Assembly: GCA_051453625.1 (NCBI GenBank)
Contig: JBOZIK010000001.1
Location: 47,150,562 to 47,185,183 of the forward strand
Origin: Welwitschia mirabilis
Taxonomy: Eukaryota
Length of the DNA stretch: 34,622 nt
Direction of reading: 5' to 3'
Part shown: piece after piece, positions 1 to 11,739 of the stretch
Position numbering within the stretch: the stretch's first letter is position 1
Layout: each line of letters starts with the position of its first letter
Made by a program: the position numbers and the translations under genes
Notes under the pieces: model-generated
Seen by the model: only the letters and a program-made list of their open reading frames with translations
Database searches by the model: none
Told to the model about the DNA's origin: nothing

Positions 1-329
1 GATTATGGTCAGATGTTAATTATCATTTCCCATTTTCAAGTTTATACATTTATCACTACTTCTCTTTCTTAACATCTTATCATCTCATACATCACTCTTG
101 CCATTCTACCATACCTTTTCCATTCATCTGTATCGCTTAAAGAAAGAAGAAGAAGTTAAAAAAAAAAAGAAGAAGGATAAAGAGCAAAACATCCAAAGAA
201 GTGCATGATCATTTTTGGCATAAGGCTTATCCTTCACCTCATACCAAAAGGGGTCAACTATGATAGGCGATGTGTGCCCCTAGGCACTGCCTTTTTGAGG
301 TCCATGTAAAATGACAATGGAAGGCGGCT

Positions 330-903
330 ATCAGTGAAGGATGGCACCTGAAACCGAGATGCCCAGGTGACAAAGAAGAGTAGATTAACAGCAGAAAACA
401 TGGGCGTACCTGCAAGAAGGGATCCGTGGCTCTGTACAGACTATAATTATAAAGCCGTGCATAATTTGTCACTGATTGAGCCAATGACTGGAAATTTTCT
501 GACTTTAAATTGATGTCCAAAGTGATTTCTGAAAGGAGGAATCCAAAAGTTTGCAGACTTTGGCAAGCAGACTCAGAGACGGAGAAGAAATGAAAGTTGC
601 GTCTTCAGCGCCTACACGTCCATGCTGGAACAATTCCACTTCTGCTTCCATTGTGTAATCGCCGAAGTGCATGAAATGTTGCAGAATCCTCTGGACACAG
701 TTAACATCATATAGTGTTTCCACTCTGTAAAAATAATTAGGGATAAGTAAATCGTCTACGGTTGCTTTATCCAGTCGCATTCTAATCCATCTCTCAATGT
801 CATTTATGCTGTTCTTTGAAGCATTTAAAATGAGGGCCCTTTAGAGTAGAGTAAACAGGAATTTCGTTAGAAGCATGAAATTCTTTTCAAAAGGAACTTG
901 AAC
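330..903 (-). pseudogene. NPH3-domain (NPH3/RPT2-like, NRL family) gene fragment, disabled
   Basis: Minus strand reads VPFEKNFMLLTKFLFTLL*RALILNAS..IERWIRMRLDKATVDDLLIPNY..ETLYDVNCVQRILQHF...VCKLLDS/ then EITLDINLKSENFQSLAQSVTNYAR..SLYRA..FLQ, matching the NPH3 domain pattern. There is an in-frame TAA at 841-843 and a 1-nt frameshift near 531-538. A GT donor at 409-408 and AG near 349-348 precede CHPSL (cf. the AHPxL motif). Confidence 0.9.
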
Positions 904-1502
904 AAGGGTGAAGCAGAAGCGTAGAAAAAAAAAGAAGGGAGAAGAAGGGGAAGAACGGACAGGACAGGAGAACGGAACTAAAGAAAACAAAGGGGGGTGC
1001 ATCAAAATAGTCCTTTTTTTAAATTTTATTTAAAAAAGGCATTTTATTTTTTAAAAAAAGAAAGGGGTCATTTAAATAGTTTTTCTTTTAAGTTATACAT
1101 TTGAAAAAAAAAGAAAACTTAGGAAAATCTTTTGTTTTATAGATAAGAGTTTTCTTTTAAAGCTATTAATTAAGATTAGTCTTATGTTTACTGAAAAAAT
1201 TCTTTCTTTTTCTCTTTAATTTTGAAATAAAAAAACCTTTTTTAATATTTTTAAAATCATATTTAAAACTTAGTCTTTTTCTAGTTTAGGCATTAATTTA
1301 AATATCTCTTAAAAACCAAAAACAAAAATCACAAAAGTCCTTATATTCTTAAAAAAAATGTTTTGTTTGGATTTTAATTATTTGTTAAGTCCTAAACTTC
1401 TCTTTTTTAGAAATCATTTTCATGCATTTAAATTTTCGCTATAGGTAAAACTTCTTAAGTCTAAAATAAATTGCAAGGAAATATTACAACATTAGGAAAC
1501 TT

Positions 1503-1770
1503 TGTCAAAATGAAATCGATTAAATTCAGTCAAACGTAGTCAACAAACACCACAACTTATTCAAACTAGTTAGAGTTAGTCAAAATCAGTCAAATCTAGT
1601 CAAACTATCAAAACGATAGTCAAAATTAGTCAAAATGAGTCAAATGATATCAGTTAACATAAGTCCAACTTAGTTAAACATAATCAAACATAGTCAAATT
1701 CAGACAACTTCAGTCAAGCTAGGTCAAGTCATTAGGTTTAGCTTAAACTCATTTAAATCATCGTCAAACC
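1503..1770 (-). repeat. ~10-bp periodic (A)GTCAA array (TTGAC W-box cores on the minus strand)
   Basis: About 13 GTCAA cores counted by eye, many spaced 10 nt apart (e.g. agtcaaaatc-agtcaaatct-agtcaaa). Confidence 0.9.
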
Positions 1771-1843
1771 ATCAAAGTCACCTATCATCGCATAACATTA
1801 GAACTAATCCACCATTTACAGAAAACACAAAATCTCGTAAACA

Positions 1844-4680
1844 CTCTTCATTTGCTTCTAATACATAAGTACATATTTTAATAATTTTAAAAGAGGTAAT
1901 GATATTATTGAATCTTCTAAAACTTTTGTTAAATATTATATGTCCCTTTTAATTTTTAGATGTTCTATTTATTTACTTCTCATTGAAAAAGGTAGAGGAT
2001 TTGTTGATGTATCAACTACTGCTTCCTTCCCTATATTTATTCCTTCATCAACTAGAGAGCTGCTCAAATTTGTTTTCTTTTCTTAGTCTTCATTTATCAC
2101 CATCTGTTTTTCAGATTTAGTAGTCATTACTTTACTTGTTATTTTCCTTGAATCTAATTAAGGTTAAGTAGGAATTTTTCCTGCTTTCTTCTCTATCTCC
2201 AATTTTTCTTTCATATCTTTTGGACCTTTGTTTCTCCAATTCCTATAATAATCATATTTCTCTTCTGACTTACCTTCCTATTTCCTACTTTAGTAAGGAT
2301 ATGATGTTTTTCCCCCTCGCTTACTTGAGGTTAATTTCCTATATTTAAATCTACTCTATTAATATCTAACCAATGAATAAATTTCTTCATCTAGGAATAT
2401 TCTGTCCTTTATGATTATCTTCTCCACAATGTTCGCATTCAAATCCTTCTTCTGCTTTAAAGTATTATACAACTAATTGATCAAAGTTTTCCACCATACT
2501 ATCAATCAATTTTTTAGCTACTTCTTCTATAAGATTGATATGCTTTGAACTATACACACTACCATCTGCTTTTGGGGTAAATGCTTCATTTGTTCTTTTC
2601 TTCTTTTTACTTTCTTACCTCCATCTTTGACTCATGTTATAAAACTGAGTAATAGCTTCTCCTAGCTCTTCAATATTCTTTGTTTTGATGCTTCCTCTAC
2701 ATAGTAAGTCTAATTCCTTCAAAGTTTGACTCTGTAATCCTCTAGGTAAAGCTCTGACTCATTCTCTAGCTATATTAGGACATTTAACTAATAGTATGTT
2801 ATATTTATCCATGAACTTATCAAACCTTTCATTATATTTCAATTTAATATTCAAAATTTGTTCTCTTAAATCTTTAACTATCCTCATGGGGTTGAAATTT
2901 AGCAAAGCAAGCTTTCTTAAGAATTCCCCTATGAAATAAAAGTATGATTAGGATGTCTAGGATAGCATAACTAAGAATCCCCTTTCAAAGTAAAAGGAAA
3001 ATAGCTCAGAAAATCAGATTCTTAAACAAGATAACTTACTTTGCAAAAGGAATCTAATAAACTTAAATGGAGTAAAGGTTCTTCTAAATTCTTACCCTCA
3101 AAACTAGGTGTTGATGTTATATTTATATTTCTCACTTTTTCTATGTGTTCTAAAGCTATAAGNNNNNNNNNNNNNNNNNNNNNNNNNNNNNNNNNNNNNN
3201 NNNNNNNNNNNNNNNNNNNNNNNNNNNNNNNNNNNNNNNNNNNNNNNNNNNNNNNNNNNNNNTTAAAAGTGGGTATTGATGTTATATTTATATTTCTCAC
3301 CTTTTCTAGGTATTCTAAGGTTATAGGATTAATAGAACTTAATTCTTCTAGCTAATGAGTGTCATAATTCAGATGTCTTGAATCTCCATCATATTTAAAA
3401 TAGAATCCTACTATAAATTTCTTTTTTGGTTTATTTATCATAGCTCTTTGGGAAGATCCTTCTTGAGTGATAGGTGATTTGAGAAGAATATGCAACCGAT
3501 GTTCTATTTCACTCATTAATTTAGGAAAGATTTGTTCTTTCACAGTCTTTTCAATAGTGGTTTCATCCATACTAAAACCTTCCTCTTCTATTTCCATTTT
3601 AATCTTACTCCCAGTGTGCTCATCCAAATTATATTTGTTAGGGTTTTTAACAAACTTGCCTCTCTCACCCGTCATTTTCCTTGATTATCTTGTTGAATTA
3701 TTAGACTTCTTCATCTCTACTAATTGGCTTTAGGATATCCCTCTTCAAAATGATAAAAGCTTATATTATGAAATAAATACAGAAGATACTAATAAATTAT
3801 ACTAAAAAATGTAGAAAATTATGATGCTATTAACCTGAAATAAGCTTAAACCATTAAATAAAAATCAAAGATTTACTAAAGACGTAATTGAAACCACTAG
3901 CGCTTTAATTATTTAGCTCAAAATGCATCATCAAGATAAACTCATGATGAAATTACTTGAACTAATCAGGTTGATAATTGATAAGTTTACTCTATATATA
4001 CATTACGGGGAATGAAGGAAATGGAAAAACATAATAGAAGTTTCACTAAATGCTGAACAGTATTTCTAATTATTCTAATTCATTATCTAAACAAACAAGA
4101 GTAAGTAAAAGAGAATATTACTTTTTTAAGTAATAAAACATGTTCATAATACTTCAAAAGTATTAACTTTGCAACTTTATATTAAAATACCAAAACATCA
4201 CACAAAAATATACTAATAAGTTTGTGTTTTCCTTTGCAGGTAATACTGGGACATTAAAGATAATGCTACATCTTTTTTAGGATGTCTAAAACTTTCCTTT
4301 GATCTCTTGCTTAATTCTATTTCTAGAGATTTTTTACTAAAAGATCCCTCCCCTTCATGGTGATTCTCTTCTTATACTTTTAGCTCCTTTATGTTTTGCC
4401 ATTTCCTTTCTTTGCTCCTGAAGGATAGGTTTATGGCTGAACTTATTGTTGTCTTTCTGCCACCTTGGTCTTCTCTCTCATCCTCATGTCAAATGGCATT
4501 TTGTACCTCTAATACAATGATGCAATAAATATATGCTGACCTACTAATCTATTAACTAGCTAGTATATTAACCTACATACTAAAGAAAAAATATTGAATA
4601 CCATCTAGAATATATAATTATAAGAATAAAAACATTTTATTAATAAGATAGATTTACATCATTATCTTTACTTATTAATC
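1844..4680 (-). mobile_element. Decayed Ty3/gypsy element: gag, leader and probable LTR remnant
   Basis: Minus strand shows PSFEGKNLEEPLLHL (gag N-terminal motif, ~3110-3060) and a retrotransposon-gag-like KDLREQILNIKLK..FDKFMDKY (~2880-2800). A knuckle CEHCGEDNH lies at ~2440-2410 and a gag-protease linker VLEDSIISLPLLKLLK at ~1925-1875. Many stops are present. Confidence 0.75.
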
Positions 4681-5985
4681 ATGATTTTAGGATTTATTGA
4701 TAGGTTTCCACAGGATTTATAGGAATCATGCATAGCTATCATAATGATCACAGAAGACATAGTTTTTGAATAGGTGATACTTCTTGGATGTTTTTGAGGA
4801 TGTATCTATTCTTGGTACTTCTAATGGAGTAATACCAATTTACAATTTGAAATTTTAAAGGGTCATATTTAGAAGGAATTCTAGTCATGATACACAAAAT
4901 GACCTTCCAAGAGCCGACATGACTTATGAAGATGTTTAAAAGCTAATTTTGACACTAAAAAGACCTCAAAAATCAATTTAAAATCAAAGGAGATTGATCA
5001 GAGTTTAGAATGATGTCAAAATATCTTCATTTGTTTTATAGTCTAGATGATACTTGATAAGATGAAAGATAGTATAATCCAATAGAAATCACTCTATTTG
5101 CTAATAATCAGCCACTCTAAACATCTACATGAACCTAAATGGATGACCCTAAACTAGACACATGGAAGGCAATTACTGGTAATTGAGAATTGTCCATAAT
5201 GATCATCAAGATGATGCCTAAGAGGACAACCACATTAACTAATATGAAAACTAATCTAATTATCATTAAATTGTTAATGTGATAATGCCTTTTTGGTTTA
5301 CACCTATTGGTGTTTTAAATTACTTATTAGAAATTATAAAAACACTTCTTAGGCGTTTATTTTAAGCTATTCATTATGAATAAAGTGATTTTGTAATAAT
5401 TTTAGAGTTCAATTAGGTAAGAAATTCATCTAGATTGAGAGAGAAGATTTCCTTCATGTTGAGCTGAGGATCCTTCATTTAAGGTGATTACTTGTAAGTT
5501 GATGTTATATGTTTTGATCAATAAAATAAATTTATTTCTCTTAAATTTTCTTCTATTCCTTGTATTCTTTGTTGAAGTTAAGTTATGTCAAATTAGATTT
5601 AATTTATGTCAAATTAGATTTAATTTTGATTTTGATATAAGGCCAACTTAGATGACAACAAGTTGGTATGCTTGGTTAATTAATTACATTTAGGATTGCA
5701 TTTCATTCTTGCATTGTCATTTCATTTTCACTTCACAGTTCATTACATTTCATCTATAATTGCATTATTATCTACTTATCATTCTGAAATTGAACAATAT
5801 ATCAATTATTTACCTTTTGAATAAACTAATTTTCTAAATAGTCATTAAACTTTTTACTTGTTTATGACATTAGATTGACTTATTACACTAGTATGTACAT
5901 ATGTGAAATATATATTTAAGATTGTAGGTTGTTATCGAAGATAGTTAATTGATTTGAAAATCACATGATCAGCATCTCAACAAAT

Positions 5986-6003
5986 TAGTACTGTTGCTGA
6001 GGA
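5986..6003 (+). other. Degenerate primer-binding site (tRNA-Asp type, Athila)
   Basis: TAGTACTGTTGCTGAGGA versus the Athila consensus TGGCGCCGTTGCCGGGGA: six differences, all C>T or G>A. It sits 3 nt after the LTR-terminal CA. Confidence 0.75.
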
Positions 6004-6959
6004 GGTATTCAGAAAAGTTTGAAAGGCTAATTCTCACTACTTAAGTAAGTAATTTGATTACAGGTTATTTAAATTGAGTAGTATTATATCATATTCCTAA
6101 GTTAGACCTACTTGTATGTACTTAATTACCTTTTAAGATCTATAAGTATTCATTTGATTATCCTAATTTAAAGTGTAATTGACTTTTCCTTTCTTGCAAT
6201 TTACAATTTTTCTAATTTACCTTTTTTGTTAAATGTACATTTCTTTTTAACTCAAATGATTTTTTTTTTTTTTTTGAGTATCATTATCGATTTTATTCTA
6301 CCCTTTCTTTTCTTTTCCTTTTTTTTTTCGGAAATAGATTATCTATTAGATCTACTCTCTTAATAAGAGATTATCATTCTTTGTTAGTTTTACCACTTAC
6401 ATTTTGTATGATCTAAGAAATTACCACATTGTTTTTCATATAAACTTGGCCTCTACTATGTGCTTCATGTAATTTGACTGATTACTACATCCATTATTAG
6501 TGTAACTTACTTCTTATACATTATGAAATCCTACAGATTACTGCTCTTGAATGTAAATAAGTTTGTTAACATTTGTAACGATGTAGGAAAATGGTAAAGC
6601 ATTTTATAGAAACAAACTTTGTTAAATAAACAATTAAATAAGGTTAAGTGGATTTTAATTCAAGAACTTAAGATGAGAAATAAACATTTATTTCAACAAC
6701 TAAATAAGATGATTTTTCTATAATCAATCTTTCTTATTTACTAATCCTCTTTATAGACATCTCGAAACATTCCTTTTAATAAAACTTTAATTCCTCCTCC
6801 TACAAGTACTCCCTCTACTGGATCTTCCTCACCTAAAACCCATTTTACAAAACCCACATATTCAGCCTCTTCCTCTTCCACTAATCCTTCTACTTATAAT
6901 CCTTTTACTTTAAATGCTCTAAACATGTCATATTCTATTACACTTCATTAACTTTCAAG

Positions 6960-7800
6960 AATATGATATCCGATAAGAAAAGAGAGAATCAAAACACTTA
7001 TGATCTAATTAATGGTAATGATAACAAACTCAAAAAACTTCATTTCTATCCTACCTTTTCAAGTGAATATAGTGAAGACCCTTTCTAAGACCTTGCTAAA
7101 ATGGAAAAACTTATTCTTACTTTTGAAAATAGGAAAAGGAAGATAACTGATAGGACTTACACAATTAGATTATCCTTCACCCTTAAAGGAAAGACCAAGA
7201 ATTGATTAAAAACTATCCCATACAAAAGCATTAAGACTTGGAAACAAGTTTAAGTTACCTTTGTAAAAAGGTTAATGAGTGAAATAATTATGAATAAATG
7301 AAGAAGAGAAGTTATCAATTTTGCTTAACAATATCATAAGAATTATGCTAGCTGCTTCATCCAATTTGGTAGATGAATTCTCAAAGGAAGAAAGGATTGA
7401 TCATTTCTATAGTGGATTAAATATCCAAACCAATCAATTAGTATATTTTGCATTTGAATGCAATTTACTTAACTTCACCTTGAATGATGATTAAAACATT
7501 TTGAAGGAACTAGTGCAAACTAGTCAAACATAGCCCAAGCCAACCCCTAAGGAAGGAAGAGCCATAAGATAAATTCTTAAATACTTGAATAAAGTACAAC
7601 ATGGATAGTAATTAATCCCTAATACTCTTGTTAGTAATTTCATCAGAATTTTGAAGAGTTATACCAAGGCCTTAGATGATGAGAAAATGTTAAATCAATA
7701 ACCCCAAACTTCAACATCTTAGTACCATTGTGAATTAAGTAAATATAGATCTAATTTCACAAAAGAATGTCCTACTTTACTAGAATGCAAAGAAATGATT
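6960..7800 (+). pseudogene. gypsy gag remnant
   Basis: YPTFSSEYSEDPF, SFTLKGKTKN*LKTIP..SIKTWKQV, and a degenerate knuckle CELS....FTKECPTL at ~7730-7785. Confidence 0.75.
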
Positions 7801-8669
7801 TATGAAGAAGATTATGCATTTAATATAAGACCTATTTTTTAAAAAATAATCAACAATTTTGGTCAAGAAATAATGGACCACAACCAACTTTTAAACCCTC
7901 TTTGGATAATAGATATAAAAACAACCAAGTTTAGCCCAACTCTTCTAGTTACCATAGAAATGATTTGTTTAGAGATTTGGTTGAAGAATTGAAGAGAATG
8001 CATGAAACCATAAACAAGAACATGAAGAATCAAAATAAAAATATTGAGGATCTCATAGGCAATCTTCAACAAACCTTATTAGAAAATCAAAGATCTCANN
8101 NNNNNNNNNNNNNNNNNNNNNNNNNNNNNNNNNNNNNNNNNNNNNNNNNNNNNNNNNNNNNNNNNNNNNNNNNNNNNNNNNNNNNNNNNNNNNNNNNNAC
8201 AAACCTTATTAGAAAATCAAAGATCTCAAGGCTTCCTTACAATCCAAATTGTCTCTAATCTTAATGATACGAAGAAAGATTGAAAAGTTATAACAAGAAG
8301 TTTAAATAATATAAACTCAAATGAAAAAACCTCAAACAAAGAAAAGGATGTTACACATGATGATGAAATTAAAATCCTTAATTAATTAAACCTTTCTTCA
8401 ACATCTAAATTAAATTCCAATAACAACACAATCAATGAGAACAAAGGAAAGAAACCTATAACCCCTTAGTTATAAATATTAAAGACTAATATTACTTATG
8501 ATGATTATCTTAAGGTAATCATGCAAGACATAAATCAACCTACCTTTTTGAAAAATATTGCAAGATAATCCTAACTGCAATAAGATATAAAAGAAACTAG
8601 TCAAAAGATAATAAAACAGAACCATATCAAGTAGAGTCTTTATTGACCAATATCTTTCAACTTGGTTAT

Positions 8670-9420
8670 GCAAAAATTTCCTAAGTTTAAAGATCGTAGG
8701 GCTTTCATAGTTAGTATTGTTTTGAAAGAAAATAAGAAGGTGAAACACTCATAATTTTCACAACTAAAAACATATTTTTACTCTGATATTGAAAATGCTA
8801 TGTCTTTAACCTTTCCCTCTAACATATGCATTAATTATAAATTATCACTTTTTTAAAAGAAAGCTAAGCTCTATAACATCCACCTAAAACTTAGTTATTA
8901 TTATGATATAAAATAAATCACACGTGGTCCATCCTCCTCAATTTATCACTACTTGTTATGTTTGCAATAGGGTGTTTCTTAAATCTGGCTCTGATACCAA
9001 AATGTAAAACTCGTAATATTTAGAATCAAAAACATATTTTTGCTCTGATGTTGAAAATGCTATAAAATGCTTTATAAATTTCTCTTTTTAGAAACGTGTT
9101 ACAAGAGTAATAAAGATTTGATAGACATAAGAGCACATGTGAATATAATGCCGCTTCGTATTTGCAAGAATTTTGGATTAGAAAGTACAATAGAATCAAT
9201 AAATATTATGTTGTACTAGGTAGATGTAATGATTAAAAAACTAATTGAAGTTATTAATAACTTAGTTATACCAATTTAGGATGATCTTTATCTTATAGAT
9301 GTAATCATCGTTGGGGTAGAACACAATGTAGAATATTCTTTACTCTTAAAAAGAGCCTTTTTTGTAACAGACCCTTATATTATAGATACAGGTACTAGAA
9401 TGATAAACTATCATATGGAA
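8670..9420 (+). pseudogene. gypsy aspartic protease remnant (split by the TRIM)
   Basis: PKFKDRRAFIVSI (cf. PKxKDPGSF) precedes 8741, and LIDIRAHVNIMPLRICKNFGL (cf. ALxDLGASVNxMP) follows 9103. Confidence 0.8.
8741..9103 (-). mobile_element. TRIM-like miniature LTR element (~360 bp)
   Basis: Direct repeats at 8741-8801 and 9003-9063. The right repeat is a complete TG..CA unit of 101 bp (9003-9103). The reverse complement of the tRNA-iMet PBS (GCTCTGATACCA) lies at 8988-8999, and a pyrimidine tract follows the left repeat. No clear TSD. Confidence 0.75.
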
Positions 9421-10029
9421 AATAAGAAATTGGTCATCCAAGTCTTTAATGTGGTTAAAAAAGATATGGGATAAGATTCATCTCTTAAATAATAAATTAG
9501 GCCCACTACAATTCTTCAACATCACCCCATAGAAGTAAGACTTCTCACTTTACATAACTCACCTTTATTCAATAATCATGAAGAATGTTAAACATCCTAA
9601 GTAGTCTTAATTCCTCCAACCTATGTAAATAACCGAGGTGAAGAAATAAGTGAATACCTTAATCCTCTCCTTGATCATGATTTCCAACATGTTAGATCTC
9701 TGGAAAACCTCCTACATCAAGATGGATGCACTACAATAATGAGGGATGATGATGATTTGCATCACAATGAATTACAAAATGGGTTAAAATGCATGTTTTT
9801 AAATGATAATCATAAGAAAACATTGATCATTATTACTTATCTTTATCCTTTCCACAAAAATACTTTAATTCAACTTGTTACTTTCAAAATGAATTATTTT
9901 TCTTGGACTCATCAGGACCATTCCTTCTTTTGTAGATTAACATAAAAACTTCTTAGAAGATATGTTAAAATCATTAAGCAACCATAAAGAAAACTTAAAA
10001 CCTACTCTTAATCAAATATTAAATAAAGA

Positions 10030-11460
10030 TATCATCAAACTTATGGATGCAGGAATAAGATATGCCATTTCTAATAGTGAATTGGTTAGGCCTCTTACTA
10101 TAAAGGATGAAAAGCAATGAGTCTATATTAAATTTAGAAAGCTTAATAATTTTATTAAAAAATATCATTATTCCTTATCCTTTCTTGATCAAATGCTTGA
10201 TTAAATTCAAGGCCATTCATACTATTATTTTCTTGATGGGTATAGCGAATACAACCAAGTATGTATAGCTAATGAAGATTAATAAAAGATAGACTTTAAT
10301 TCTCCTTTTGGTATAGTTTCTTTTATAAGAATACCCTTTGATTTGTGAAATTCCCCAGGAAACTTTTAATAAGCCATGATGGGTAACTTTTCTAATATGA
10401 TTTAGGAGTCTATTGAGATCTTCATGCATGATGTTTCTATATTTTGTTATTCTTTGAACAAACATTTCATAGATTAGAAAAAGTCCTTAATCATTACACC
10501 AAATGTGGTCTTCATCTTAGCTAGGGGAAAAAAATCCAATTTGTTGTGAGAGATGAGATTGTATTGGAACATCATATCTCTCATAAAAAAATTAAAATAA
10601 ACCTAAAAAAAATCGATAGCACTAAGAACCCTTCCCTCTTATTAATATCAAATAAGTTTGATCTTTTTTCAAACATACTAGGTTTTATAGGAGATTCATT
10701 AAAGATTATGCAAAGATATGTAAACCTCTTCACTCTCTTTTGGGAGAAAAGAAGCAAAGTTCTATTTGGAATAAGAAATGTTAACATGTGTTTTACCTCT
10801 AGACTTATAGATTGTGTCCCTGATTTGAATAAATAATTTAAACTCGTGAGTAATGCTAGCAAGGTTACTGTAACACCCCAACTTTAATTACCCTAATTAA
10901 CCATAATATTTTTTTTTATATAGTTATTAACTATCATGCACAANNNNNNNNNNNNNNNNNNNNNNNNNNNNNNNNNNNNNNNNNNNNNNNNNNNNNNNNN
11001 NNNNNNNNNNNNNNNNNNNNNNNNNNNNNNNNNNNNNNNNNNNTTTCATTAAAATTAATATCAAAATGTTTTACATAGTTTAGAAACCCTATTAATTAAA
11101 GCTTACAAAATGTGGGTTATGACAGTTACTATAGGTGGTGTCTTAGAAGAAAAGCATGAAAAAGGTTAGAAATTGACTTGCTATTAGTAAAACCCTTTCT
11201 GAAGTTAAACTTAATTACATTGCCTCTAAAAAGAAAATGCTTTCTATCATATTTTACCTTGATAAACTTCAATACTACTTTCTCGATTTCCATAGTAATG
11301 TATATACTGATTGTGCTACCATTAGATATTTTATGATCAAGACGAAGTCAACTGTAATATTAATTATATGGATGCTTTTGATGTAAGAATTTAACCTTAT
11401 CATCATGGTTAAAGAAGTTAAACATAATTACATTGCAGATCATCTTTCAAGCCTACCTAA
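10030..11460 (+). pseudogene. gypsy reverse transcriptase and RNase H remnant
   Basis: FLDGYSEYNQV (cf. LDGYSGYNQI) at ~10230, FMHDV at the YxDD position (~10420) and IVLEHHIS. RNase H shows NASK|VTIGGVL, LNY..KKKML, VYTDCATIRY and NYIADHLS. Confidence 0.9.
10869..11124. mobile_element. LTR insertion (solo LTR or gap-collapsed element) with 5-bp TSD
   Basis: TGTAACACCCC ... GGGTTATGACA termini with TSD GTTAC at 10864-10868 and 11125-11129. It contains a 100-N gap, so the true size is unknown. Confidence 0.85.
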
Positions 11461-11739
11461 TAATCATAAGGTCCTATATTTTTTCTTGACTTTACTACCT
11501 ATGATTTCTTTCTAAATGAATAATTATTTGTTATTAAAGATATTTACTATATTTATTATTATCATCCTCCTTCATGTTATGCTAATATAGTAAACTTTAT
11601 TGTTTCCATGAAAACCTTTCAACATTGGACTAAAACTAGAAAAAAGTTTTTCTTCATTTAATAAGAGAATATGAATGAAATGAGTCATATGTCTATCATG
11701 GATGCAAGGATTAAATCATGCATAAGTATATGATGGAAT

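Larger units (their letters stand above)
1..1843 (-). mobile_element. LTR (likely gypsy) in reverse orientation, probably running off the left edge
   Basis: Minus strand starts TGTTTACGAGATTTT at 1843. Its first ~330 bp match the TSD-flanked copy at 23020-23361. A TATA-like CTATTTAAATGACCCC lies at 1079-1064, and the element cuts the gag-pol remnant at 1844. The extent left of ~900 is inferred. Confidence 0.6.

Noticed and set aside
1503-1770. Periodic short repeats as a CRISPR array or iterons
   Set aside because: They are degenerate decamers with no unique spacers and no cas genes, in a plant LTR context.
4480-4505. Possible PBS of the minus-strand gypsy element
   Set aside because: The position is plausible, but the sequence could not be matched to a specific tRNA 3' end.
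8068-8230. Identical sequence on both sides of the N gap (also 21941-22192, near-identical, and 22495-22714)
   Set aside because: Overlaps flanking fixed 100-N gaps are typical unmerged contig ends, not biological repeats.
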